A stretch of 41,265 nucleotides of DNA from Peribolospora baueri (GCA_029717555.1 JAMDHS010000129.1:1-41265); one strand, 5' to 3'. Shown: positions 1-12,497, counted from the stretch's first letter. Notes: a model not told the origin generated them from the letters alone. Made by a program: numbers and translations.

Positions 1-21
1 TTTTTTTTTTTTTTTTTTTTT
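1..21. repeat. T21 homopolymer at the window start
   Basis: 21 consecutive T. Possibly an assembly break at a homopolymer; the following sequence looks like non-coding or UTR DNA. Confidence 0.9.
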
Positions 22-447
22 GTTCCGCACCTGTCTTTCTGTGTAGCTTGCGGACCTTGTCCGTTGTTCGGTCATGAAGACGACCGTATGTATGTAAATG
101 ACATCGTGCACAACCTCCACTCGGCAGGTACACGATCCCCGAGCAGAGCTCGCCACAACGAGCCAAGGCGGTCTGCTTCGCAATCAACATTAGCCTCTTC
201 TTTCTCTAGCAACGTCTGCTCTAGGGTGAACCCCAGTCCTGCTCAGGCGTCTATTGCTCTGTCTTTGAGGCTAGAATGTCATCGTTGAACGACAATGCTC
301 AGCTATCTATCTCTTCTCGTGCCCTCGATAATGAACAACGGGTCCAGCGCGGCGATCGGAAAGCCTTTGATCACGCGCGCCGAGTCGGAAACGGCGTGGA
401 AACGAATTATTACGCTCCCGTCTCGACTTCCACCACAATCGTCAGTC

Positions 448-1352
448 ATGGACGAAGAGGAGCCCGAAAGCGTCCGGCAGATCCGTGCGCTCAACGACAC
501 TGACACTGTGAGTACGACACGATGGGCGGGCGAGCGGGCGCGATTTTCAGGTCACCCATGCCGACGGTACCGAATTGATCACTCTCTTTTCGCGGTCAAC
601 ATCTCCTTGGTGGAGAACAGCAACTCGCCCTCCTCCTGGATATCACCGCACAGGCTCTCTATACCCTCCTTCCCGCCGACTCGACCGGATCGCACTCTCG
701 CGACGGGAATGCTGAAACTCATCCGCCCGTCGTCGCAGACGCCGACAAGATGGCCGTCGATGCACCAGACCTTCGGTTGAGTGACGAGGAGAGAAGGAGG
801 CTGTTCGGTCAGAAGGCGGAGCAGTGGTTCTCCACGCTTGACGTGAGCATCCTCGTCCGGTTCGCCTCTTATGTCCCACTTTGAAGCTCTCGCTGCTCCG
901 ATGCTGAGCTACGGCCACTCCCTTCCCAACGCTCCTCCGTGACGGCGGCTCACCGTATTCCTCTCGTTCACCATCCCCTCTCCTTTCTTCTCTGATCTGG
1001 CCACGCACTGGATTCCTATTCCGCTTGGAAGACGATCAACGTCAACCTCCGAAGAGTAATCCGCTACCTTCGCACCTCTCGTATTCCCCCCATCACCCAC
1101 CTCCCCACCGATCCTCTTGCCCCATTCCGCTCCTCCTCCGCCTCAGCCGCTGCTCTTGCAGCTTCCTCCACTGAGCCTTCTTCCTCGCTCGGCGAAGGAA
1201 ATCAGACCGACCCCAAGGACGTCCGGGCATCCGATACCGACGTCGACAGGGACGTAGCAACAGCAAGCGAAGAGAAGGGAGACAGCTTATTGGGGACTGG
1301 CGACGCGGCTCTCTTGAAGGCACTCCTTTCCGCGGGCGGAGGGAATCGGTAG
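448..1352 (+). CDS. MED11: Mediator subunit Med11-like protein (3 exons, ~200 aa)
   Basis: Exons 448-507, 621-842 and 1032-1352 join in frame across GT-AG introns: MDEEEPESVRQIRALNDTDT/QLALLLDITAQALYTLLP...RRLFGQKAEQWFSTLD/TINVNLRRVIRYLR. This fits the Med11 helical pattern (I..LN..D..L..LL..A...; F...A..WF..L..I...LR..I..L). The C-terminus is low complexity and uncertain. Confidence 0.65.
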
Positions 1353-1755
1353 AAGAGGCCGGCTCGAGCGAGGGCTGCGAGCATCGTAGATGGAGGGCGA
1401 GCCGGGCAGAATGGCGTTTCCGCCGCTCTTCTTTCCCTCCCCCTTCTTCTCGCCCGGACGACGTCATCCTCGTTGTCTCGTTCGGCGCGAACTCCTCCCG
1501 CCGAGCCTATAGTTTGCGTCGACTCCCGAGGCATCCATAGATCCTCGAATGCCCTTCTGTCTGTCCTCTTCGCCGCCCATTCATACAAACTAAACCCCAT
1601 CCCAAGACGCGAGACAGCCCTGTACTTTTAGATTGACTCGAGAAGCAGCGTACGTTGGTTTCATCTAACCGGTCGATATTATGGGTGCACAGGATACGGG
1701 TCATACAGCGCAGGTAGACACTCGGACGAAAGAGATCGGGTAAAAAGGGCCAGGG

Positions 1756-4234
1756 CTACGTGTATTGCGAGAAATGGTAGACTTGGCGATCTGCGATGGC
1801 CGATGAGGTGGCGCGAGAAGGGGGGATCGGTCCTCATGAGCCTTTGTGCGAATGGATACATCCCACCGAGCGTTCCCCAGGCCATACGTGCCCAAGGAAA
1901 AAGAAAATCTTACCTAGACGCCATCGGCCAGAGCGATGGAGAGGATCGAAAGCGGCAGAAGATGAAGCAGAAGGGGCGCCTGCGATGCCGAGCTTTGCGG
2001 AGATGGTATAAGAGCTGTTCACACCCATAACCAGAAGGCGCGAAGATGTATTAGTGTGATGGAAAAGTATCAAACGAGTCGAGATGGGCGTGATCGGGCT
2101 GGGTAGGCTCGTGAGAAAGACGCACCGGCTCTCGTTAACTACGCAGATCATCTTTCCCTTGATCACTTGACTCCGATTCACCGCTAGCGGCTCTTGAAGC
2201 TGCATCGACAACGACCAAGGCCGTAGGAGGATGGATCAGCGTTCCATGACCGTGGCTGGACCCGCAGGTCGCGCGCATCGTCGACTCACTAGGAACCGAA
2301 CCTGCTGCCAATGCGTCGGAGTGTGCAGAGGGCTCGTGGTCATGTACGTCGGATCCTCCACCGTTGTGCTGTTCGGCTGGAACGACGCTGCCGCGGCTGA
2401 CATCTGAGACATGATCCCGGCCGCTGTACTCATAGCGGACGACACTGCCGTCGTCGTCGGTAGAGCCCCATTGGTCCCATCCTCCGTAGGGCCAGTGGGA
2501 AGAGAGATAAAGTTGCTGGCCGTAAATTGGGAGAAGTCGATGGCCTCGCCGGTCGTAGACGTCCCCGGCGGCGGAGAGGGAAAAGTAAGGTCGAACCCTG
2601 CGAAGGCCCGGGCCACAATCGTAATCTTATCGTCAGGATACGGGCCTTCACGAGACCGTGTCTCCTCACGCTTTGGTGAACTAAGCGTCTAACACTCACA
2701 CCCGGCGATACCGTGAAGGATGCCGGTCCTCTCGGCGACCCACTCGAAGTCAATCTCGAACCTCTCCAGCTCTTCTTGCGTCACTGTTCCAAAGTCGATG
2801 ATGTGCGGTGAGGAGGCCGAGAGGAGCATCTGTGGCGGGAACACGCCCACGACAGGCGCTTCGAAGGCTTCAGCCACAGCGGCTTCGTGAAAGGGAGTCA
2901 GATCAACGCCATAGAAATTCTGGCTCGCCGCACAGGGCATGACACAGAAGCAGGGAGGCAGAACGGATCAGCTGTAGAGCTTTTTGTCTTCCCGGGTGGA
3001 AAGGGACCCCGGGCCGAAAGGGACAGTACACACCTTATTCAGCCATGGCGCGCCAGCCTTGTTGATCGTCTCGTCATGCAGCGCCTGGTCCATGAAGGGG
3101 GCAACACAGATGGTGCCTGCCGACGGAAATAATTGTCCTCCAGGTCGAAGAAATCGTCGGGCAGAGATGAAGGACTCGACCATTCTGCCCGAGTCGAACC
3201 AGAAAGAGGAAATAAAATAGTCAGACCAAACACTTCTTGAATCATCACATGCATTGTCCCACTGACCGCTCGTGAACCAAGAAAACGCCTAGACACTCGG
3301 AGATGAGAGTGTCGACCTCAATGTCTGCGGGAAGATCCTCGACCTTGGCTAATGGTCGGGGCAGACGCAAATAGGTGCAGTTTAAAAGATCTGTCTGTTT
3401 ATCGATCCCCACTCCGTCGATGGCTCACAGTGCATCACCTCCAGCTTGCCCTTAAGGAACGGATTTCGCGCTTCTAAAGGCCTTTCTGCATCAGCGGCCA
3501 TTCGCTTGATGCTGTTTACCATGTTGGAAGCTTCTACGGCCATAACTTTGCTCGCGCCGGCTTGTGCAGCAAAGTAAGAGAGGATGCCAGAACCTGCACC
3601 GACGTCTGCCGGAGTATAACAGGAGAATATGGATGGAATCACCGATGAGACTGCACGCCCTTATCAGATTGAGCTCGCTGGTCGACTTACCCATAACAAT
3701 CTTGTCTGGAAACATTGAACGGAAATAAGGTCACAGTGCTCTCATACAATGAGCAAAAAATCCCTTTGGCGAGCTCACTTTTGAAGGATGTCGCTGCATT
3801 GTTATGGATTGCGCGATGATAGGCCGACGTTCGTACGACGTCCTGAGAAAAGACGAGACGAGATATCAGCTCCGAGTCTTCTTCTTCTTTTTTAAGTCAT
3901 GAAGAGAATTGCAGACGGCCTCATGGGTCCGACTTGCGCGGCACGGAGAAGGGACTGACTTGCAACATCTGAGCCTTGAGGGCGAGAGCGAAGAAGAGCG
4001 AACCGCCGAAAACGGTTATGGGTGAGCTGTTGGCCTCAGCCAGACGATGCCGGGCCATCCGCGGCTATACAGCAACGAACACCAACAATCAGAACAACTT
4101 ACCTGATGGGTGAGCTGAGCATAGTAAGTGAAATACGGAGTGTCCTCCTCCCCGTAAGGCCTTTCCTCCTTGACCCCATTCGTGACGCCCTTGCCGGCCA
4201 TATGCGCATCAACGTCCGACATATCCAAGCTCAT
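1756..4234 (-). CDS. CARM1: Type I protein arginine N-methyltransferase, CARM1/PRMT4-like (~12 exons)
   Basis: The spliced product contains YFTYYAQLTHQ/AQMLQ/DVVRTSAYHRAI, SAM motif I VMDVGAGSGILSYFAAQAGA, double-E loop ISECLGVFLVHERMVESF, FLRPGGQLFPSAGTICVAPFMDQAL, FYGVDL...AFEAPVVG and the THW loop (PTHWQQVRFL). Last exon WRL/DRQVYHFSQYT* with stop at 1756-1758. The start could be 4234 or 4222. Confidence 0.85.
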
Positions 4235-4522
4235 GACGAACAGCACTTGGCGCGCCGGGCTCCTAAGATCCGGAGGCTCTTGAGAAGCTCCTTGCCGGAG
4301 GTGGGGATGAGATGGTGGTAATGTACAGGGTGTGGTCGCGTGGCTGTCGAGATAGCTGCGCATCATCCTCCATCCACCAGCGGGGGAGCTTCGCTTCGAC
4401 TGCGGCGCAAGAACATGCGTGTAAGCGCAACGAGCACATTCAAGTGTTGACGTTGACGTCGACGACGACAACAAGCACAACGACAAGCGCTGCGACGGCG
4501 ACCTTGGCCCTTTCCCTTCACA

Positions 4523-6814
4523 ATGCAGTCCGCTGCAACATCAAGGACGTCTCCAGAGCAGACAGCTAGCCAGCCCGCGCTGAGGATGGCGAAGAAACGG
4601 TTCAACGAGCGACTGCTCAATCTTCGATCCGTCATGTTGACCGACGAGGACAAGTTCCGGTGCGTGTTGTGTTTTCGTTTCCCCCTAACATCATGCGATT
4701 CGTTCCTTTCTTTAGCTCACGGATTCGAATACGGATACAATGCTTTCGTGACAGGACGCTCATACACGAAATCGATGAAATCCAGGCCGAACGATGGGAT
4801 AACAAGCTGAGGGCCGAGCTGCAGAGTGCCGAGCGCAAGGAAGTCCAAGACTCATCGCCTTCCGATCGAGACACCAGGCACGAATCAACTCCGTGCTCTG
4901 GTCCATCAACGGCAGCGGCACCTGCAGGAGACGGTGACAAGAAGGCCGGCGAGAGGACGAAGGCAGGAGAGGTCGTGATGGAAGAGGAGGATGACGATGA
5001 GGCGGCGGTAGAGCAGGAAGTCGCACGCACGATTGAGGAGGAGAAGGGCAAGACTAAGGGTGAGAATGACGAGAAAGAGGAGGAACCGGGGAAGGAGGTG
5101 AAGGAGGATGAGAAGGACGACACTCACGTCGAGGACGTCGATGAGGGAGGGTCTCACGAAGAGGAAGGAGAAAAGGACCAAGCTGACAAGGTCGAAAGCA
5201 AGAAAGGTAACGACCATGCGAACAAGGAAGACAAAGGCAAGGGCAAGAGGAAAGTTTCATCTTCCGTAGAATCTGCGTCCGATCGTCGAAAGAGACGACG
5301 ACGAGAAAGCGCGGAGGCCGCCGAGGTATCCGAATCTGAAGATGGACCCTCATCTCCCGTCGTGCGGTCCACTCGGTCTCGACGACGGCCGCAAAAAGGG
5401 GAGGAGGAGAAGGAAACAGCCGATGAAAGAAAGGATGCTGCGACGAACGAGGAAGAAGAGGAAGAAGAAAGTCAGTGATCAAAAGTTTTGGCATGGTTTC
5501 TCAGATTTGTCAGGAGAGACGAGACTTAGTGACTCACGTCTTCTTCCACTTTCGTCTCCTGCATTGCTCACTTTCTCTTTGTTCCAATTTCAGACCCGAG
5601 ACGAACACGTAGGCGAGTACAAAAAGAAGAGGAAAGGCGTGCTGCTGAAGACGGGCAAGAGGATGAGAAAGAGGGAGAAGAGGAAGAAGAAGGTGAGCGC
5701 ACAAATTCTGCGTTTTCTTAAAGGCTGTCCTAGTAAAGATACGCGCCCGCGCTTCGTTACATGCACACTCACCTCCGTGTCAATCTTTGGTGCCTTCTAC
5801 GTCTCTTTCGCCTCAACTCAGCGCCGCGACGCAGCCGTAGACGGGCGCAGAAGGGCGGTGAAAAGGATACTGCCGTTGGGGCAGGAAGAGCAGTTGGGAA
5901 GGAGGAGGAGGAGGAAGAAGATGGTGGGCTACCGGACTATCTACGTGCTTTCTTTCAAATTATCTATATAAGAAGGCGCTCACACTGTTACTCTCTTCAT
6001 AAATGGTCCCCTGCTTTCCTTTCCTATCGTCTTTTCATCGCAGTCGACTTGGCGCCAAAACGCACGCGCCGACGAGGGCAAAAGGAGGCGGATAAGGAGG
6101 CTGCAGAGGAAGGTCGAGAGTCCGTGAAGGACGAGGATGAGGAAGAAGGAGGTAAGCGAACAACCATGTCAACGCTTCGTCAAGCTCTTCAACAAGGTGG
6201 TGTGACACCTCTTTGCTCATTTTTACCTGTTTACTCATGTTTTCCCTTCGCCTTGGCGCCTGTCTCTATTTCCCTTCTCAGTATCAAAGCGCACGCCCGA
6301 CCCTCGTTTCCAGAAACTGATCACCAGTCTGCTGAGCGACATCTCTGCACATCGCAACGGTAGCATTTTTCAGGCTCCTATCAAGCAAACCGTGAGTGTT
6401 TCTTGAAGCCAGGCTGTCCGTCCCTCTGACGGTCTGGAACTGGATGTTCATGTTTTCGTCCTACCTCTCCGACCTACGGCTTGGTGTTCGTCGCGCTATC
6501 CTTGTGTTGTCGCCGACGGTCGTGTGTCTTTTCTTCATCTCTTTTCTTTCGTTGGTGCTCTGGCAAAAAATCTCCGTCCACAGGACGCGCCAGATTACTA
6601 CGATATCGTAAAGAAACCGATGGACCTCAAGACGATCAAAGCGCGCATCAAATCTGGTCAGATCGCGACGAGCCACGAATTTCACAGGGACGTGATGCTT
6701 ATGTTCGCCAACAGCCTCATGTACAACAAGCCCGACTCAGAAGTGTACAAGATGGCCAAGGAGATGATGGAGTACTCGCAGTCGCTCATCGAGACCTTTG
6801 AGCAGACATTGTAA
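4523..6814 (+). CDS. BRD8/Bdc1-like single-bromodomain protein (putative NuA4/Tip60 subunit)
   Basis: N-terminal coiled segment (RLLNLRSVMLTDEDKFR/TLIHEIDEIQAERWD) and a long acidic/basic linker. C-terminal bromodomain assembled across the 6392-6583 intron: FQKLITSLLSDISAHRNGSIFQAPIKQT/DAPDYYDIVKKPMDLKTIKARI...FANSLMYNKPDSEVY. Internal exon boundaries are not fully resolved. Confidence 0.8.
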
Positions 6815-7274
6815 CGCCATATGTGTCTAGCCCATGAGCCACAATTATATCCAGCCAGAGACGGGGAAACGGTTTAAGGCCATCTGATGAGATGAGGCTG
6901 CCCTCGCAGCTCAAAGTCACATCAACGACGGAGGAATGAGGCGCGTTAGCTTGCTGATGATGGCTTTGGAGGCGGCGCCACCGGCACAAACCTTGGCCAT
7001 TGCAATCCACTTGACTGGACGTACCGTAGGTACTTCCAGCTCTGTATAGATATCTACCTGTACGATGGCTGCATGACGATGGATGGAAGGATCGGATGAG
7101 CACCAATCAGAGCAGCTAGCTGATTGAAGATCACTTTGCATGTGGTTGAGTGACCATCCACTGGCCGTATGTCTACTGAAAGACGTATCCTATCGAACGA
7201 AAGCTCGCCTTGAAGGACGGCGGGCAAAGTTGCGGATGCAATCACCACTCAGGTTCTGGCTTGGGTGGGCAGGC

Positions 7275-7336
7275 CGCGAAGAAGTCGCGATCGGTTGCCG
7301 CAGTCGCGTAGAGTGGAACGCGCGCGCTCGACGCGT
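7275..7336. promoter_or_regulatory. Cluster of CGCG-core (MCB/SCB-like) elements upstream of RIF1
   Basis: CGCGAA 7275, TCGCGA 7285, CGCG 7305, ACGCGCGCG 7318 and a perfect ACGCGT at 7331-7336 within ~60 bp, immediately before a CT-rich leader. Confidence 0.45.
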
Positions 7337-7567
7337 GGATGCCCGAACTCGGTCTTCCTCCCACCCGTCCATCTCCATCCCCTTCTTCATCCCCCATCTC
7401 CATCACCTCCTTCTCTTTCTCCATCTCCGTCTTGGTCTCCATTTCACTCGCGCTTCTGCTTTGTTCCCGCACCCCATCGCAATTCGTCGTCCATCCCCAA
7501 GTACCACGCCCTCATCCTTTCTCTATACCCGCTCACCGTCCCTTCTCATTCGCATCCGCCTCTCGCC

Positions 7568-10500
7568 ATGGATACCGCTCTCAGAGCCAGCTACCCCGCT
7601 GTTGCTTCCTCCGACGCTGCCTCTCCCTTTGCCGACCTCGCCGCGGACAAGACGAACGACGGGACGACAGAGCAGCTGCTCAGGGACGCGCTTGACGGGC
7701 TCTCCTCTACTCTCCCGGACGCGCTGTCATCACGGAACCACAAGTCTCAACCCAAAAAGGCTGTGGTCTTCAATCCTAGTCGCCTTCCGAGCGCATCCAG
7801 CACGCCGCGCCATCGCTACCATGTCTCTTTCCACCCATACCGGAGACCTTCGCGAGATTTGCCGTCATCTAGAAGCGCGTCCTCCGCCAGTTTCGCCGAC
7901 GACGCGTCCGACGGCGGCTGCAGCACCGATCCTCCTTCTTCCTCTCCCCCCGCTACCCCCCCTGCCAACGGAAAAGACTCGACGACCAGGGCAACGACGA
8001 AATCTAAGGCCTTGTGCGGGTCCCGTATCCGTTTCTCCTCTTCCTCTCCTTCCTCGTCTTCCTCTTCTGCTTGTCTCACACCCTCGTCCGCCGGGCCTCT
8101 ACTTCGACCACGCGGCATCCTCAAACCCACAACACACCCCATCAACGTTGCTCGCTCTTGCTTGGAAGGAACGAGGCTGAACGCGAACCCTTACATGATC
8201 CCGAACGCATTGAGGATGAGGGAGAGGGAGAAGGCGCTCGTTGCTGCCGGCGGACGCGGAGGCGACGCGTCTGGCGAGTCTGCGTTCGCGAGGCGCTTGC
8301 AGGCCGCTGGCTCGGCGAAGGGAGGTAGAAAGGACCTTGTTGCCAGGACGGCGGGCTTTGGCATTGGTGGGACTGGGCAGAAGCAAGCTCCATCACGAGA
8401 GGGAAGAGGACAAGGGCCCACTGACTCTACCCCGGCTAGTGAGCGCGCTCATCAAGGATCGCGCCTCCTCATCGACTGGGTCACCCCTGCCATTCGGACT
8501 CTCGTTGCCTCCCTCGAGCCCGATACCTTTGGCCCGAGTTCGAACATCCAGGCCGGCATAGAGCGTGAACCTCGGTCGCCGGAGATCGGTCAGGTCGGCT
8601 TCGGCCATTCTGGCGCTCCGGGCTCAAGATCTGTTCCGGATAGCCCAGACTCGAACATGTCGGAGCGCGAAGTCGCCGAGAGCTTGGACTCAGAGGACGC
8701 AGGAGAGATTTCTTCGACCGCTGCTTCACGGCTTGCTCCGGCGCCGCCGAGGGTCGAGGTCACGCTCAGGGACGTGGAACAGGCGTACGATGTTTTGCTG
8801 GCCAAGTTCCGCGTCGGTCTCGCTTCCTCCTCTTCCCAAGTAACCCCGTTCGCCAACGCTTGCACCGACGAGTCAACCGAAGACCGAGCGTGGAACGAAG
8901 CCGAGGCGGCTCTCGATGCTCTCCGAAGACACGCGCCCGACTTTGTGCGTTGCGTGAGCAGGGACATTGCCAGGCTTTTCGATCAGCCTGAGTCGTCCAA
9001 GTCCAAGTCCGGCTCTGGCAGCGCTTCCTCGTCCGATGCGGAGCTGTCTTTTGTTTCTTTCTCGAACCCCCGCGCCAGGAGGGGTGCCGCAACAACAGCT
9101 CCGTCCAAGAAGCGGGGACAGAGCGCGGCGGAAATCAGGAGGAAGAGGGAAGAGATGGACGTCGCTCATGCTGCTATCAAGTGGCTCGGATTGGTGTTTT
9201 GGACGAGAAGGCTTTGGAGCTGCTTCACTGGTGGGTTTCATTTCGCTTTCTCATAGTCTCATGCTCTCCTTCTACATTCTCATCTGACCCTATGACAACC
9301 TCAATAACGCTCTAAACCACGTGTCACCCAGAAACGGACCTATCCTCGCTTCTGTCTGAACTCCTTCTCATCCCGTACGCGCCCGTTCTCTCCTGCCCGA
9401 ATCCCAAGAAGACCTATGGAATGGCCATCTGGGCACTTCAGACACAGCACCTTCCCCTCTCTGTCCTCTCTCCCCACGCAAACCGCCTCACTGGTGCCAT
9501 CGTGGGCGCCCTCGGTCCCCTTTCCGATGACCCGTCCTCGTCCGCTGGAAATCCACCAGCTCAACCGTCGCGGACTAGCGGCAACTGGTGGGGAAGTCTG
9601 AGCGTTCGCGCTGAAGCGACGCTGGCCGTGCATTCCTTGGCGCTCGCGCAACCGAGCCTGATCTTGCCCCGACATGCCCAGTTCCTTCCCCGCATCATTC
9701 AGACGCTCTGGCATCCTTCCAGTGCCACTCTAAGGGCGAAGGCAGCTGTAGCGCTTGGTGCTTGTGTGGAGGGCGCGAGGAGGTGGGTGGATGATGCGGA
9801 GAGGGAGGTGAGAGAAGCTGAGAGGGCCTGTGAGGTCGCGATACAGCGACAGAGGCAGGGCGAGAAGGAAGGAGGAAGTGAAGAAGAAGGAGCGAGTGGG
9901 GGTCTGCAGGTGGCGGAAAGGAGGAAGCTCAAGGGGCGGAAAGAGCTGACGAACGCGTTGAGAGCAAGGGATGAGTTGGCGATCTCCGTCGGGGTGAGTC
10001 ATAGTGCTTGGGTTAGGCTCCCACTACCTCTGCTGTCTACTAACGCCCATTGTCACCGTGCCACCTTGTTGATTGTAGTCCTTCTTGCACCGCCGTGTGA
10101 CCTCGCGTCCTCACCGAACGGAATGCACGAGGGAACGAGGTGAAGAAATAACTCGGTCTACGCCTTGGCGGGAGGTGCACAACCTCGAGGACCAACTGCT
10201 CGTCTCCTTTCCAACCGAGTGCGCATGGTCAATTCCTGCCTGGGCGTCACTCATCGCCCTCGTGGGCGCTCAGGCGACTCAGTTCGCTCAGCTCAACACT
10301 GTCCTCCGTATTCTCCAGCGGTGGCTCATTGAACGTCAACCGTCTGTTCGGACGCTTGTTCACCTCGCTTGGAATCATGCTATCTATGCATTCTCTCGCC
10401 CTCCCGCTGCGAGGGAGAAGAGGTCCATCAACCCGGCCGAGGCGGGGATGGAGGATATCGCGGGTGCCCATGCCGCCATCCTCAAGCCGAAGGTGCTTAG

Positions 10501-12152
10501 GCTGCTTACTGGCATCCTCGGTTTCAGCAATGACCTAAAGGTTGTGCCCAAGTTGATCACGGCCGAGGCCGACAGCGGTATCGTCGCCGGCGACGATGAG
10601 GCAGACCTGGTGGCGACCGATGCTCCTGAGGCGATGAGCGGACACGGGGCGGGGGAGCGAGGCACGAATGTGCGATTGCTCAATGTCAGCAACCGCGGCA
10701 ACGTCAATTGGGACAAACGATCGGACGCTGCCCTCGCCACGATTCAGGCCTGTGCACGGACGATCGTAGCGCTCGTCTTCGCCGTGAGCGGGGCCATCGG
10801 CAGCTTGCCGGAGCTTGAGAATGTCTCTTCGACAAACGACACCGCCGCCCCGCCTTCAGATAACGGCCTTGCGGAAGTGAACCACAAGCGACTACGTACA
10901 GGGAAGCGCACGCAAGGAGAAGGACGGAAGCAGGGACAAGAACAAGAGCAGGGGCAAGATCAAGAGCAAGGCGCGGTCTTTGTCGCTGCCACTCCGTCTA
11001 TCATCTCGTCCCCATCTCCGCGCGGATCTCTCCGTCACGCTCAATACGACCAAGTCTTTGTCTCGCTCATCGAGAAGCAGCTAGGCGTGCTTTTAGACAT
11101 TGTAGCTGCCGACGAGACCAAGCGGACGGCGTGGGATTCTCTCGCTGCTCTCTTTGCAGTCGGCGGCGTTGAGGCCCTTTATGCTAGACCTGGTGATGTG
11201 GTGAAGGGCAGCAATATCAACAGCAAGGCTTCCGACAGCGACCGAGAGGATGAAGGACAACCAACGTGGAACCCCTCCAGGCTGCTCGTGGACGACTTCT
11301 TAAGCGGCCGGATCGCATCGATGGATGTCCTAGGCGATCACGATGGCCTGGACAATGCTGCGTTGAGTGCTGCGGAAGCGAGCGTCCGAGCGGAGGAGAT
11401 TGAGCGATGGGATCCAGAGTGGGTGAGAGTGAATGCAGACAGGGTGTTGGGACTGGTGGTGCGGGCAATCAAGGGTGTGAGGGGTCTGTGCGACGACGAT
11501 GGGAAGACGAAATGGGTGCGGGAGGCGAGAAGGGGCTCCAAGGTCTTGCCCGTTCCTCTTTCAAGATTGTGGCGTGGGGTGCTGAAGACATTGGCCTCGT
11601 CGGAAGGCCAAGAGGAGAAGGACAAGGCCAAGTGCGATGCGCAGCTCGCCTCGCGGATCGTTGCCTTCCTCCTCCACTTCCTTTCGCCTTCCTCCGAACC
11701 TCTCCTCCCACCTTCCGTCTCGCATCTCCAGCCCGAGTTGCTCGTCCGATTCGGTCTCGTCTTCGAGCTGTTTGACGTGGCTGCGCAGGAGCTTGGTTCG
11801 GTCGCTTTCTCTCTTCCGGCCGACTCAAGTATCCTCAGCGACGCAGAGGCAGTAGGAGGAGGCTCTGTGAGCGCGGCAACATACCTTGCCGTGCGCCTTC
11901 TTCGCGACAACCCGAATTCAGCAGATGGAGAAGTGCACGCGGATGTGAGGGAGGCTCGGTTTGCGCTCATGGAAAAGGTATCGAGGATGGCGGTGTGCGG
12001 GTGTTGAGGGGCATGGGCGGTCATACGAAAGCGACACAAGCTAGGACCGTCCGCCTTTCGGCTTGTGCACACGGAGCCTTCTTATGAGGTCTCCGAGGCA
12101 GATGTGGATATTAAACGGCCTGGGCAGGGAGGAGGACATGAACAAATCGTAA
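7568..12152 (+). CDS. RIF1: Rif1 (telomere/replication-timing regulator, Rif1_N HEAT-like domain)
   Basis: N-terminal PP1-docking motifs RIRF (8024-8035) and RGILK (8111-8125). Rif1_N-like segments AHAAIKWLGLVFW, PNPKKTYGMAIWALQTQHLPLSVLSPHANRL and VRTLVHLAWNHAIYAF. Introns at about 9230-9331 and 9994-10078. A probable last intron 11978-12101 gives ...MEK/MWILNGLGREEDMNKS*; the unspliced stop is at 12007. Confidence 0.75.
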
Positions 12153-12497
12153 GGAATCAATGGGTGTAGATCTATTTCTCTCTTCTCGGCATGCTTTTTT
12201 CTCGCCTCTCTTGTGTACATTCAAAGATTGTATGAAGACTTTTTTATACGCTTCAGCGGTCTGACGCAGGATGGAAGCCAGCATTCGCTGAAATGACGAA
12301 ACCTGAGAGAAGAACGGACGGAGCACACATGCAAAAGTATGAATGGTTTGTCCTAAGCATGTCATAAAATACATGATCGGTCTGAAAGCGAGTGCCGGAT
12401 GAACGCGGTGGTCGAGCGGACGTCGACGGGCAAGCGGGGAACCGCTCGCCGCCGAACCGATGCTTTCGCCGCACGAATGGCATCGGCCTACCAATTT

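Noticed and set aside
1093..1704. Minus-strand ORFs between Med11 and the PRMT stop (e.g. 1202..1600)
   Set aside because: They overlap Med11 exon 3 antisense and the convergent 3' UTRs, and show no recognisable family.
7140..8180. 346-aa alternative-frame ORF and the 7265 upstream extension of Rif1
   Set aside because: They run through the promoter and CT-rich leader and are low complexity. ATG 7568 has the better context (gccATGg).
10931..10971. CAR-GRN hexamer repeat
   Set aside because: An ordinary in-frame QGQEQEQGQDQEQ low-complexity tract inside Rif1.
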